DNA of 64,000 nucleotides from Dictyostelium discoideum (Eukaryota): NCBI GenBank assembly GCA_000004695.1, contig CM000155.2, positions 2,112,001 to 2,176,000 of the forward strand, read 5' to 3'. Shown piece by piece: positions 50,983 to 64,000 of this stretch (position 1 is its first letter; each line of letters starts with the position of its first letter). The notes under the pieces were generated by a model. It saw only the letters and a program-made list of their open reading frames with translations, ran no database searches and was not told where the DNA came from. The position numbers and the translations under genes were made by a program.

Positions 50983-53971
50983 ATGGATTTGGATGATAAA
51001 ATTGATAAATTAAAAGAAGGTTTAGATGTTAATCTTTTTATTTCAATTCATAAAGATTTTTTAAACCAAAAACTTTTTCAACTTTCAAATGAACGTTTAG
51101 AAATTTTATACAAGTAAGATCAATTTTCTTTTTTTTTTTTTTTTTTTTTTTTTTAATACTCACTAACCATTCTTTTTTTTTTTTTAAATAAAAAAAAAAA
51201 AATAGTTTTGCACTTAAAAATTCTCCTCAAGATTTTTCTTTTCATCAAAATTTTATATCTTTTGTACCAGGATATTTATCTCAAAACTATAAAGATGAAA
51301 ATTTAAATTCAGCACTATTAAATCAATTAGAGTCTGAATTAAAATTAAAAAATAATAAATCATATAAATATATTAATATTGCATTAAAAACAAATTTAAA
51401 ATCAATTAATAATGTATGTATTATAAAATATAAAATTAATAATAATAAACCAATACTAAATAATTTTTTTTTTTATTATTTTTTTTTTATTTTTTTTTTT
51501 TTTTAATAATAAAGGAATTATCAAATAAAATAATGAAATTAATAATAAATGAAATAAATAAAAATGATAAAGAAACTAAAAATATTTTTTATTTATTAAA
51601 TTCAATTTTACTTTTAAAAGAATTAATAGTTGATAAAGATTTAAAAGAAGATTATGAAAATTCAATTTTAAATATACTAAAGATTAAAAAGGATTTTATT
51701 AAAGAAAAAAAGAAAAATGGTGAAGATTATAAAGAGGAACCATTTGTATCATTTTCAAACTTTTTATACATTTTAGATTTAATTAAAAAGAAAAGTGTGA
51801 ATGAAATTGAATTTGGTAAAAACATTATAGATTTAATTTCAATTTCAAATCATTTCTCGAAATATATTCAAATAAAGTTTAATAAAGAAATTTATAATAC
51901 AATTGAGAAGAAATACATCAACAAACCAATTTATTTAGAAATCCTTAAAATTTTATTAAAAAATTATAGATTTTCAATTGATTTCTTCAAAAAGATAATT
52001 AAATCAATTGGAGATAAAACAATTATAAAGTTTTTAAGTAATGAAGCTATTATTAATTCAAATTTTCCAGTTTCAATTGAACTATTTCAACTTTTATTAA
52101 AAGATAAAACAATTATTAAAAGGGTACCTGAAAATTTTATTAATACAGAATTTTGTTTAAAACAATTGAATGAAGATAATAGAGCAATTAAACCATACAT
52201 TTTCGAAGCCATTGAAAATCCTTTACTTGAAATTATAAATAATTCATCATCTGGAGTATTCAAATACTTACAATTATATTCTCAAACATTTAATAATATC
52301 ATATCCAGTAAATTATCAATTGAATCCCAACTTTACAAATTTTTTAAAAATGTTTCAATCACTGGTACTCCAATAAGATATACCTTTTTAAAATCAATAA
52401 TTCATCAATTAATTATGATATTAAATGTAAATCAAATCATTACATTTTTATTACCATTATTTCCAAATGATTGTAATGATTCAATAATTTTTAAATTAAA
52501 ATTACAATCTTTTCCATTCGTCATTCCTTCAATTGATAATAGTATTAATAATAATAATAATAATAATAATTGTACTTTATTATTACCATCTTCTTCTCTT
52601 TCTTCCTCTTCATTAAATATAACAGAAATAATAAAAACAATTAATGAATTCAATTATAAAAAATTACCATTTTATTTAATTAAAGATATAATAAAAATTT
52701 TAATTGAAGATTCAAATACAAGTCAATGGTGTAAATTACAAGTTTCTTTAGTATCATGGAAATTCTTTGAAATATGTAGATCAATTATGAATAATAGTGT
52801 CACAAGACCAATTGAAATCTTTGATAACTTTGAGTATAATTGTATTGAAGAAGAGGACCGATTTTCATTGTTGTTGCCATCATGTAAATATTTAAAAATA
52901 AAAAGTTTTAATGAATCTTCTTACGATTCATATAGAGAGACTTCTTTAGTGAATTATGATGAATCAAATCTATATCATTTCAACTTCCCAACCATGTCAA
53001 TAGATTCAAAATATTCCAACAAAATACTCAAAAATTTTTTAAATTACTCTTTGGAAATATTAGAATTAAATTTAATTGAACCAAGTCCTTATCTACTCAA
53101 ATTCTTTATTTCTTCTCAAAAAAGGGATGATCCTACCAACTCAAAGAAATTAATATTAACATTAACAACTGGTTCACTATTTGAAAATTTTGAATTGTTA
53201 TTAAACCTTAATTTTGAAATTCATTTAATTTTTCTTTTTAAAAATTATATACCAGAATTGGATTTTCTCTACTTATTCAAAGAAAATACACTACAGGGTG
53301 AACATTCATTAATTTTAAAAGATAAAATCAAAAGTATGATGGTATCAATAGGTATGTTCTTTTTTGAAGAATTTCAAAGTATACAATTTCCAAGTCATTT
53401 AATTCTATTAATTGAAGAATGGGATCCGAATCATGAATCATCCGGTACAGATCCATTAGATGAATTTCTAATTTCAAAGAAATTCAAAAACCCAAATTTC
53501 AATAACATTTTAAAATTAGAAATTCAATTCAACACCGATTCATTTGATCTAAAGAAAATACTATCAATTTTCCAATGTGCAAAATCATTATCATCTTTAA
53601 TTATTATATTAAATATCACACAAATTGGTAATGATAATAATTATTTCATTCAAGATTTTTTAAATCAAATATTTAATATTCTCTCTTTTAAACAATTTTC
53701 AAATATAAAATATTTAAAAATTAAAAATAATTTTGGTTATCCAATATTTGAAAACAATCTAATTCCAAATAATAATATATTTTATTCATTCAATTTTATT
53801 GATTTCTTTAAAAGTGATGAACAAAAACCAAAAGAAAACACAACTCCAGAAGATGAAGAATCTAATGAAATTCAAAATTCTTTTGAAACAAATAATTCCT
53901 TTAGTTATGATGGTGACTATGAGTTTAGTGATAATGATATCGATAACTTTAGTAATAATGAAGAAGACTGA
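50983..53971 (+). CDS. Hypothetical Ile/Leu/Asn/Lys-rich protein (about 930 aa), no recognised domain
   Basis: Putative exons 50983..51113 (MDLDDKIDKLKEGLDVNLFISIHKDFLNQKLFQLSNERLEILYK; donor GTAAGA, phase 2), 51206..51413 (donor GTATGT) and 51515..53971 (contains track ORF 51533..53971). The frame is maintained across both introns. Acidic C-terminus ..DGDYEFSDNDIDNFSNNEED. The first two exons are inferred from splice and phase logic only. Confidence 0.5.
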
Positions 53972-54262
53972 ATAAATAAAATAAAAAATAAAAAAAAGAC
54001 TTAAAACAATTATTAATAAAGAAAATAAATAAAAAAGGTATTTTTTATTATTATTATTATTATTATTATTGTTGTTGTTATTGTTTTTTTATCGATTTAA
54101 AATTTAAACTTGCTATAGTTTAAACTTTTTTATTTATTCTTGGATCCATAAAAGTTTGTTTATTATGCTCCTCTTGAACAAAATATTTTGTACCAACACC
54201 ATCAGTTTTTTCTTTCCAACCCTAAATGAATTAATAAATAGTAACTATTAGTATATATATTA

Positions 54263-57048
54263 TTATAAAATAATAATAAAAAATAATTTAATATTTACGT
54301 GTGGTAATTCACCATTACAAGATAAATAAATCTTTTCAAAGAAATCTTGTAAATTCTCACCATCAAATAGACGATTATATTTTGGACCAAACAATGAAGA
54401 ACCACCAATATGATAACCTAAACTTCTATAAGATTCAAATTGAGCCTCTGTAAAGAATTGATCAGTTGTTGATTCATGAGGGAATGATGGATGTTGAGAT
54501 TGATATTCTTTAATAATTTCATCTTCATCACCAGTTAATGATGATTTAATATAAAGTATATAACCTACTTCTCCTGATGGTGGATCATTTTCATAAGAAT
54601 TTTGATGATTATTATTTTGATTATTATTATTATTATAATTATTATTATTATTATTACTATTACTACTAGTTTTATTTGATTTTTCATTTTCATTATGATG
54701 ATAATTATGAGTATCATGTGAAAATCCACTTTTCTTTTTTTGATAAATAATTTTACCAACAGTCCAATGTTTTTTACTATAACCAGTTGTAGGTGATCTT
54801 CTAATATCATCTAAATTAATTTGAATATTTATACCAAAATCGATTCTAACCAATCTCATTAACTGAGCCATTGAAGGGAATGTCATATCAGGATCAGCTT
54901 CCGAATCACTGATAATAATGAATTTGCAACGACGTTTAATTAATTCATAAGCACCTAAATTTTCGATATGGCCACCATCACTTAGATTGATACACCAATC
55001 TTTACTTGTCATTGGAGTCCAACCAAATTCTTTGACTAAATGATAACATGCAAACCCACCATAAAATACTCTACCCAATACTGGATGACTAAGAAAGATA
55101 CCAAGTGGATTTGGTAACCAATATCCCAATCTAATATTTAGGATACCCAATGACATGACCAAAGTTGGAATTGTAGCAGTACCCATTTTAGTTCCAACGG
55201 CAGCACCAGATATTGAGACGGCAGTTGCTAAATCTAATCTTCTATCTAAACGTTCCATTTGTTCGGTTGATCTATAACCACTCGATTCACTACCACAATA
55301 ATGTTGAGAGAAAATAAAGAAATCTGAACCACGAGAATTTGGTAACTCTAATCCATCACTATTACTAACTGAATTTAAAGTTGTATTAACCAAAAGATAG
55401 GGTGCAACGGATCTTCTATTTAATCTTGAAATTTTCTCACCACCATAAGGTCTAAATCTACCATTCTTGATGCTAAACATATATGCTTTACTTAGACGGT
55501 CACGATAATATTTATGCATTGATGTTTCATTTATATCCAAACTAAAGAAACTTAATAATGATATGAAAAAACACATACCATTTCCAATACCAAACAATGG
55601 ACAACTTGAATCTAACCAAACACTTAATTCCAAATAAGTTAGAATCAATAGAATTGGACCAATCACACTAACTATAATATGAAATACTAAACGTTTCCAA
55701 GGTGAAAGTTTTGGATTTGTCAATAGAGTGAATGCTAAGGAATCTGCTAATATCAATGCAAACAATGATATCAATGGATAAACTCTAAATGATGTTGAAC
55801 TTGATCCACCAAAATAATAGGTATAAACCACTTCTATTAAAGGTAATGATTCAACGAATGCGCCAGCAATCAAAACTATAAATAACCAACCAAATGATCG
55901 ATCATACCAAACTTTGCTACCTTCCTTTTTGAATAACATTGGGAAATTTAAATATAAATGTAACATTATTGATATACCCAAATCGATATTTGAAATTTTT
56001 GAGAAATACTTTGAAAGTTCACCATAGTAGAAAAAGACGAAACCAACCAATACCGGTATGGTAACTTTTGGTCTTGAAATAATTGGGAAAATGATAATAT
56101 GAATTAATAGATTCCAACCTATTCTTAATGAAACATGATAACCTTCACCAAATTGAACTGGAACGTATCTTTCAAACAATAGTAATGCCCAAACAAATGG
56201 AAATATTGAAATTAGATTTAAAACAATACCACGTAGAATCAATACTGGAAATAATAAGAATTCGAAAATACCATTGGCTAAATAGTTTGCGCTACTTCTT
56301 AAATGAGTTAATGGTGTACCCTCTTTTAATCCTCTACCATAATGAAATGGGAAATTATGCCACTCGGTCGTATAGGTACCCTCACTTAATAATGATATTA
56401 AACATGATCCTATGAATCCACCACCCGATACAGTAGATAGATAATCAATCTTTTTAAATAATTTATGTTTTGATAATGCTTGAAGTAATCCTAAATTAAA
56501 AGTTGCTGATCTAATTCCACCACCTGATAATGCTAATCCAACTAATCCAAAATTAACTGATGGGGTTACCTTTTGATTATATCCACTATTATGTAATGTT
56601 GAATAGGATGGTGATGATGATGATGCTGTGGTGGTTGTATTATTCGTTCCTGTTGTATTTGTAGTTCCTATTGTACTTGTAGATCCTATAGTATTATCAC
56701 TCTTTTTACTTATACCTGATAATGTTGATGCTGAATCTAATACTTCATCATCTGAATAATCCTCAATAAATGGTAATTCATTTAATGTTGTATTATTTGC
56801 TGTTGTTGATGAATTTGCATTGGATGCACCATTCCAAGTACTACGCAATGATTGAGGACTTGGTAATAATTCATCTTTATTCACTTTTTCATCAACTCTA
56901 TCTACTTTTTTATTTTTATTACTATTTTCATTATTATCATCATTATCATAAGTTTCTGGTATATTATTTACATTACCAATACCAACACTTGTATTAATTT
57001 TTAATTGGGTAGAATTATAATTTAATTTATTAAAATCACCACCTCCAC

Positions 57049-57088
<40 letters not shown>

Positions 57089-57766
57089 TTGAGGATTAAT
57101 ATTATTATTTGGGTTTGTATTATTTAATTGTTTAATTTCATTTGTTGAAATTGTTGAAGTCGTTGTTGCTGTTGTTGTTGTTGTTGTTGTATCATTAGCA
57201 TCAGTAGTAATAATATTATTTGGTGAAAGGAATAATGGTGATGGTTCATTTATGATTGAACTTGAATTTAATGGCTGTGGTGTATGAAATACAACTTGAG
57301 ATTTCTTTGATTTTTTATTTGCAAGAGGTGGTGTTGAAGAGGTAGAATTTGCAAGATTAGATTTTCTATTGAATGAACTCTTTGAGGAATTTAATAGAGC
57401 ATATGCTGGAAACAATTTAGAGATTTGAAATGGATCTTTCTCTTTTAATACATTCACTCTTCTTTTTGCCAACTCTTTTAACTCTTCTGGGAAAATATCA
57501 TTAAATCTTTTTGGTTTAGTATTAATCATTTGCCTAATCATTAATAGTGGATCACCAATACTATCTTTACGTCTCTTTAAATTTGTAGTGTTTTTATTCC
57601 TCCATTCTCCTGATGATATATATTCATAAACTCTAAATACCGCTATTATTAAAAATACACCTATCATCATTGCCATCCATGGTTGAACTTGTAATGATAT
57701 AAACTTTCCAATAGTTATAAATAATTGACCATTTTTACCATTCACTTTTATAAATTCATTAAACAT
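54263..57766 (-). CDS. Patatin/cPLA2-like phospholipase domain protein with extensive hydrophobic (multi-TM) segment
   Basis: 1167-aa ORF. After an Asn/Thr-rich N-terminal half: oxyanion/Gly motif GLALSGGGIRSATFNLGLLQAL, nucleophile elbow YLSTVSGGGFIGSCLISLL (G-x-S-x-G), then about 300 aa of hydrophobic segments, then catalytic Asp motif LSDGGHIENLGAYELIKRRCKFIIISDSEAD. The arrangement resembles group IV PLA2/PNPLA enzymes. Confidence 0.8.
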
Positions 57767-58009
57767 ATTAATTATTTTATTTATTTTTTTATTTATTAAT
57801 TTATTTATTATTTTATTTTATTTTATTTTATTTTATTTTATTTTATTTTATTTTATTTATTTTATTTTATTTTATTTTATTTATTTGTTTATTTAATTTT
57901 ATTTAATTCTCTCTTTCTTTCTTTCTTTAATTTATCTATTTATTTATTATTTATTATTTTTATTATATGTGAATATAAATTTTATTTAAGGTTTTTTTTT
58001 TTTTTTATT

Positions 58010-58043
<34 letters not shown>

Positions 58044-58132
58044 TTTATTATAGTTATTGTTTTTTTTTTTATTATTTATTATAAAATTATTGTTTATCTT
58101 TGAAATTAGAGAGATTTTAAATTTTAAAATAA

Positions 58133-58163
<31 letters not shown>

Positions 58164-58683
58164 TAATTGTTGTATATGAACTAATTTTTTTTTTTTTTTT
58201 TTTTTAAATTAAATTTTTTGTTTTTTTTTCATATTTTTTTTTTTATTTTTTTTTTTTTTTTATTTTGCATTTTCCCACTTTTATTGTAAAAAAACAGCGT
58301 TATCAGAAAAAACACTGGCAACGTCTATTTTTAAATTAATCAAAAAACCACATTCACAACCAAAAATGGGAAAATAAAAAAATATTAATAGAATAATTAA
58401 TATTAATAATCACATTAATGTTTTAAAAGAGTAATAACAATGGTTATAAAAAAAAAAAAGGATTTCATTTATTATTAAAAAAAAAAAAAAATAAAAAAAA
58501 ATATTAATAATAAAAAATAAAAATAAAAAAAAAAAATAAAAATAAAAATAAAAACTAAAAATAGAAATTAAAAAAAAAAATAAAAATAAAAATAAAAAAA
58601 AAGAAAATTATCTTTTAAAATATTAAGAATCAGGATTGGATATTTTTTAATTTATTTTATATATATTGTGATATCGTTTTAAA

Positions 58684-58714
<31 letters not shown>

Positions 58715-58772
58715 CATTAGACAGAAATATAAATAATAAATATGTGAATTATAAAAAAAATAAAATTTTATT

Positions 58773-60234
58773 TTAAATATCATATTTTAAATGACAAATT
58801 TGAGAATTTTTAAAGCAAATGAATTCAGATACTTCACCAGGATCAGTATTTGAAGGACAATTTTCACAATCAGTTAAAACACCGGCTCTATATAAACAAA
58901 TTGTAGCAAGTTCAGAGCAGAATACAGATCTATCACTTGTCCAATTCCATTTCTTTAATCTCTCCAATAAGAGAATTGCAGCTTGAAAAACATCAAATGG
59001 TAAACGAGCACCATGCATTTCGAAACAGTTTGTTAAGTATCTCTCTTTTTGTCTCTCATTGAATGGTTGAGCTAAACGAATCGCTTGTACATTGTAACCT
59101 TCATATTCCTTAATACGGTCTTTCAAATTGAATATATTCACACCAGTCAACACTTGATTCTTTCTAAATGGGTCCTTAATAGTCTCTTTACCAACTGCCT
59201 CCATAACATAAAGTACTGGCTCCTCTGATAACTCCTCACCCCTAATATGATTTATAAATGGATAAGTCTTTATAACAACACCAACATGTGACCATGGTCT
59301 ATAAAATCTGTCCCTAATTATCTCTGAAATTGGTGACGATCCTGAATATAAAATTATATCACCATTATCAAGATCATCAAATGGTTGCATAATTGATAAA
59401 TGGTCATTTGAATTTCTTGTCTATATAATAAAGCTGTGATTAATATTTTATTTATATATATATGTTTGTGATTTTATAAATATGGTATATACTTACAGGT
59501 TTAATAATTGAATTTGATTCTTTTAATGTTTTTAAATTTGTTGTGAATAATATATTTAAAATAACGGAATCATGACCAGGTTGTTGAGGATTGGCACCAT
59601 CCATTGTGGTTTGACCGCTACTATCTGGTGATGATGAACTATTAACATCTTTAATTAAGAGTTTGATGATTTCACCTTGATTGTATTGACCAATATCAAA
59701 TATGAAATCATTATATTTTGGTGATTTTGGACTAGTTGAACCAAGTTTAATTGTACATATATTGATTGATTGAATGAATTCATGTTGAATTACTCCCTTA
59801 TTCCAAACTGAATTTTTATAATAGTCACATGATACTTTTTCGGTTTTTCCATTGTAATCAACACTAACTGTTAATTTATGACCATCATGTATCTTTATAA
59901 CCTCTTCATGATTTTCTGCATAACCTGGGAATGCTGATGAATTTTCGCAATTTAATACTTTTTGGATCAAAATATATAAATAAAAAAAAAAGAAAAAAAA
60001 TAAAAAATTAGAAAATTTATTTTGGTGGGAATGGCATAAAAAAAAATTAAAAAATAAAATAAAAAAAGATTAAAAAAAAAAATATTCGAAAATGGATTCG
60101 TGTAAAGTTAAAAAAAAAAAAAAAAAAAAGAAAAATAAAATTATTAAAAAAAAAGAAAATAAAATCTTACTTATAAAGGTTAATAAACCATCTTTAATAT
60201 TTGCTTTGGTTTCTATTGATGGTTTGTTACCCAT
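58773..60234 (-). CDS. YiiX/YaeF-like permuted papain-fold (NlpC/P60 superfamily, C92-type) amidase/peptidase domain protein with N-terminal myristoylation consensus
   Basis: Exons 60171..60234 (MGNKPSIETKANIKDGLLTFI; donor GTAAGA, phase 1), 59497..59957 (acceptor aaaaag; donor GTAAGT) and 58773..59420 (acceptor tatatag). The C-terminal domain has the permuted catalytic arrangement: GDIILYSGSSPISEIIRDRFYRPWSHVGVVIK (His), then ..EAVGKETIK.., then YEGYNVQAIRL, then SVFCSELATICLYRAGVL (Cys). This is characteristic of bacterial YiiX-like proteins. MGNKPS fits the N-myristoyltransferase M-G-x-x-x-S consensus. Confidence 0.65.
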
Positions 60235-61469
60235 TTAAAAACTTTTTATTTAGGATTGTAGGAAAAAAAAAAAATAAAAAAATAAAAAAAAATATTTAAA
60301 ATTTTACAAAATGAAGTGGTACTGATGGTAGTGATACAAATAATTATAAAAATATATAGATTGCAGAAAAAATAAAATAAAAAAAAAAAAAAAAAAAAAA
60401 GGAAAAAAAAAAAAAAAAGGAAAATTTTGGTTAGTTTTTGGGCTGACTTTGAACTCTAAGAGAAAAAAAAAATAAAAAAAAAAATAAAAATAAAAAAAAT
60501 ATAAAATTTTACATTAGATATTTTCCAATCAAAGAAAAGAAAAATAGAACGAAATCTATGTTTTTTTATAGAGATTTAGGTTGCACGATAAAAGCAAATG
60601 TGGTATGATTTTGTGTTAATAATAATTTTTTTTTAATTTTTTTTTTTTTTTTATTTTTATTATTAATAAATAATTTAATTTGGAGATTGATTAATCAATT
60701 TAAAATTTTTTTTAAGATATTAATAATGAAAAAAAAATAATAAAAACAAAAAAATAAAGAAATAAATAAATCAATAATAAAAAAAAAAACTTTAAATGTA
60801 TTTAAATAAAAAAATTAATGTTATAATTAGTTTGAAAAAAAAAAATAAAAAAAAAAAAAAAAAAAATTATTTTATGTGTGTAAGATATTCTCTAAAAATA
60901 AAGAAATTACCACATCTTAGAAATTAATTTTTTTTTTAGGTTAGTTTATATATAAATATTCTTATATAATTAAGGAATAAAACATATATAATTAGAGACG
61001 TTATTTTTATTATTTTTTTTTTAAAAAAAATTCCCAATAAATATCTTCACAATGATTGAAAAAAAAAAAAAATTAAAAATCTCTCCAAACCAAGATAAAT
61101 ATTTAATGTTATTGGCAGTTATATATTTTTTTAGTTATTTATTTTTTAATTTTAGATATTCATTTTTTTTTTTTTTTTCTTCATTATTCACTTTTTTTAT
61201 TCAAATGTTTTTCAAAATTGAGTGTGTTTGTTGTTGTTGTTGTGGTTGAATGGAAATGAAAAAAAAAAAATAAAAAAAAAAAAAAAATAAATAAAAAGAA
61301 AAAGGATAGATTTATTATTATAACCTTTTTTAAATTATAAAATAGTATATATAATTTTTTTTTTTTCATTTTTCTTTTTTCTTTTTTTTTAAAAAAAATG
61401 TGTATTACTACATTATTACTATTATTGTAAAACTGTATTGAATATTATTTTTTTTTTTTTTTAATATTT

Positions 61470-62426
61470 TTAGTTTTGTAAATATGGTAAAGTAAAGTTT
61501 GTAAAGTATGGTTTGCAATAATCTTCAATTGGGTGATCACGATGAGTGCAAGTTGTGGTATAGAAGAAAAGACGATTTGATTCATCAAGAGTTCTTAAAC
61601 CTAACCAATCTTCAGAGTATTGTGTTTGTTGTTGTAATGGAACAACTTCTGTACCACTACCATCAGCATAAAAACTGAACCAACCAGATTCTTTTGGAAT
61701 GATGGTTTTATCATTTGTACTATAAGTGAGAACCATAGCATTTAATTTTGTGAGATTTTCTTTATAAGTTGTATTTTTAACTTGATATTCATTATTAATA
61801 TCTGCTAAAAAGATTGATCTTTCAAGATATTTATCAATTCTATGTGGACTATATATACATAAATATATAAATAATTATTTTTTAATTAGTATTGGTAGTT
61901 TTTTTTTTTTTTTTTTTTAAAAATTATTTAAATACTCTTTCCAATATTCAGCAACTGAAAGTTTCTTTTGAATAGTTTTTTCATATGGAATTGTACCAAG
62001 TACCTTATCAACCCATGGAATATTAACAAATGGAGTACCGAATTGACCACCTTGTGGACCATTCCAACTAATATAATTGTATACTTGTGGATTATTATAA
62101 CGTTGAACGAATGCACGAGCAATTAAAGTACCTTGGCTGAAACCAATTAAATTGAAACCATTTGCTAATTTTGGATCGGCTTGGACAACTTGAGCAAATT
62201 CTTCAATTTGTGAATCCATAGTAGTGAAAATTGAATCAAATGCACCATTTCCAATTTCAACATTTAAAACATAAATATCTGGAATAGATTCTTCAATCCA
62301 AGATTTTAATGGTTCCATTGATTCTTTACCAGTTGTAACACCGTGCATTAATACAACTGGTCTGGTGGCACTAACAAGTGCAATTGCTAAAGCAATTAAT
62401 AAAATTAAACTTGATAAAATTCTCAT
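61470..62426 (-). CDS. ppt1: Palmitoyl-protein thioesterase 1 (PPT1)
   Basis: Exons 61936..62426 (signal peptide MRILSSLILLIALAIALVSA; PVVLMHGV; lipase serine motif GFSQG; ..AEYWKD split; donor GTATTT, phase 2) and 61470..61848 (acceptor tatatag). The C-terminal exon [21 protein letters not shown]...SGWFSFYADGSGTEVVPLQQQTQYSEDWLGLRTLDESNRLFFYTTTCTHRDH aligns with human PPT1 ([22 protein letters not shown]...[52 protein letters not shown]). Confidence 0.9.
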
Positions 62427-62517
62427 CCTCTATCTCTCCTATCTCTTGCTAACTCCTCGTAAATAAATACAACAAGATATTAGTAGTACAAAAAGTGATG
62501 GGTTATATATTCGAAAA

Positions 62518-62548
<31 letters not shown>

Positions 62549-62789
62549 GAAAAGGAAAATTTTTGATCAAATTTTTTTTTTTTAAAATTTTATTTTTTTT
62601 TTATTTTTATTTTTTAAAAAGTTTGATAAAATTTTGTGACTGTTCGAAAATTTTTTTAGTGTGGTTTTTTTTTTTTTTTTTTTTGGTGGGTTTTGTTATG
62701 ATTGAAAAAAAAAAAGTGCAAATTTGCACTGGTTTTTTAAAATTTACCTCCTCATAGGCTCTTTTTTGAAAAAATTTGCAAAGTATTTT

Positions 62790-62823
62790 GTATTCCAGAA
62801 TCAGTGCTCACTAATCTAGTTTG

Positions 62824-62867
<44 letters not shown>

Positions 62868-64000
62868 CCAACTACTATTAAAATACTCAATTATATAATT
62901 TCCAAAACAATAGTATTAATAATAGAAATAACATCATTTTATAAATTAAAATTCTGTTTTAGGTAAATCAAAATAATAATTGTAAAACTCACACAGCATA
63001 AATTAACCTATTAATTATAGTTTACTTTTCTTAAAAGGATAAACCAACAGTGTATTTATAATCCAAATACAGATGTTATGAATTATTAATGTCATTATGT
63101 TTCTATGCCCAAGTTCTTGGTGTGTCATAATTTACTCAATAAAATTTTAAAATCAAAATTCTGAATTAGATAATCTAAACTAAAATAATTTCTTTATTTA
63201 ATACAAACCAAATTAATAATTTTATTTTAAAAAATTAAAAATTCATAAATAAACCTATTTTTAATTCCTTTAACGGAAAAACATTGGTTAATAAAATTAA
63301 AATAAAAAACCTTTGAGGATACCTATCTAGGTTTTGAATACTCTTTTTGAGTTTGGAGTTGTCCTAAAAACTCCTATTTGATCGGGTAGTTTTTGATGAA
63401 TCGTACCAATTCCTCTTCCATATGAACCTGTGATGTTTGAGCTTTTGCTACCTCTGTAAAGCTCATTATGTTGTTTCCTTTTGAATATTCATAATCGGAA
63501 AATTGGATCTATAAAGGGTGTCATGACCAATTGGTGATGAATATCAAAAGAAATAATCGAATTGACAGAGATTGTATGAAAGAATGGAATGCTTTTGGTA
63601 TATTTCTTTTATTCTTGACACTTTGGATAAGTAAACTGGGTTTACAAATTCCTTCATTCCCTCAATTTAAAAATCCTTCATTTTCAAATGCATACAAATT
63701 AATGTGTGGTACGTGTGAGTTTTTGGATTTAGGATCTGTGGATAGAAAAAGGTACTAATAGAAATATCTTGATAAGATTGATCAAATGAGATAAAAATTG
63801 ATGGAGTTCGAACTAGAAAATATAAAAACAAAAAATTCAAAAAATTTTCAATATATCCAATCAATTTCTATAAAACAAATAATTAAATTATGAAATTAAC
63901 TTGAAAAGTATATTGTATTCCAAAATCATTGCTTCCAAACATAGTCTCCATTGACCAATCCATCTAATTAATCATAATTTTATCAATCAAACATTTTGTG
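62790..64000. repeat. Interspersed repeat locus: two direct sub-repeats (starts about 62797 and about 63914) related to 8880..9300; family unknown
   Basis: gtat(t/a)ttgtattcca(g/a)aatca(g/t)tgct occurs at 62797 and 63914 in the same orientation. 63262 aattcctttaacggaaaaacattggttaata matches 9097. No convincing ORF: the track ORFs 63531..63758 and 63667..63864 are short and lack homology. The region runs to the window edge. Confidence 0.45.

Noticed and set aside
52432-57000. ORFs 52432..52653 (-), 54565..54810 (-), 56128..56415 (+), 56770..56997 (+)
   Set aside because: Embedded in or antisense to the long 50983..53971 and phospholipase ORFs. Low complexity.
63790-63815. tRNA-like T-arm resemblance (ggagttcgaact)
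   Set aside because: No acceptor, D or anticodon arms can be built around it. It is a chance match inside the repeat.

Overview
This is an AT-rich (about 75-80% A+T) eukaryotic nuclear segment with the hallmarks of Dictyostelium discoideum: short AT-rich introns with GTAAGT/GTATGT donors, (AAT)n-encoded poly-Asn tracts, long poly(A)/poly(T) intergenic runs, and a tRNA gene with an adjacent TRE5-type retroelement. I could support about 25 protein-coding genes by translation and splice-site reading. The confident ones are a CPA2 K+/H+ antiporter (runs off the 5' edge), Arp2/3 subunit ARPC3, MCM5, a BRCT-WGR-catalytic PARP, a PRELI/MSF1 protein, Rrp8, an F-box/WD40 protein, signal peptide peptidase, TAF13, a cysteine-synthase-like PLP enzyme, a WBP11 homologue, an MFS sugar transporter, a patatin/cPLA2-like phospholipase and palmitoyl-protein thioesterase PPT1. 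Other features are tRNA-Glu(UUC) with a TRE5-A-like non-LTR element about 46 bp upstream (2.4 copies of a 199-bp repeat, ORF1, a repeated B-module-like segment and a short distal segment I tentatively call the C-module), an interspersed repeat present at two loci, and several simple repeats. The most unusual region is 26-33.4 kb. It holds a three-copy tandem array (one copy a pseudogene) of a novel MGN-initiated Cys-rich protein, next to a 5-exon gene whose product carries an aerolysin/ETX-MTX2-like amphipathic beta-hairpin (a candidate beta-pore-forming toxin), plus scattered pseudogene fragments that indicate recent segmental duplication. A second candidate foreign-type gene encodes a YiiX/C92-like permuted papain-fold peptidase with an N-myristoylation signal. 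No CRISPR or prokaryotic operon features are present. All calls come from manual translation; no database searches were run.
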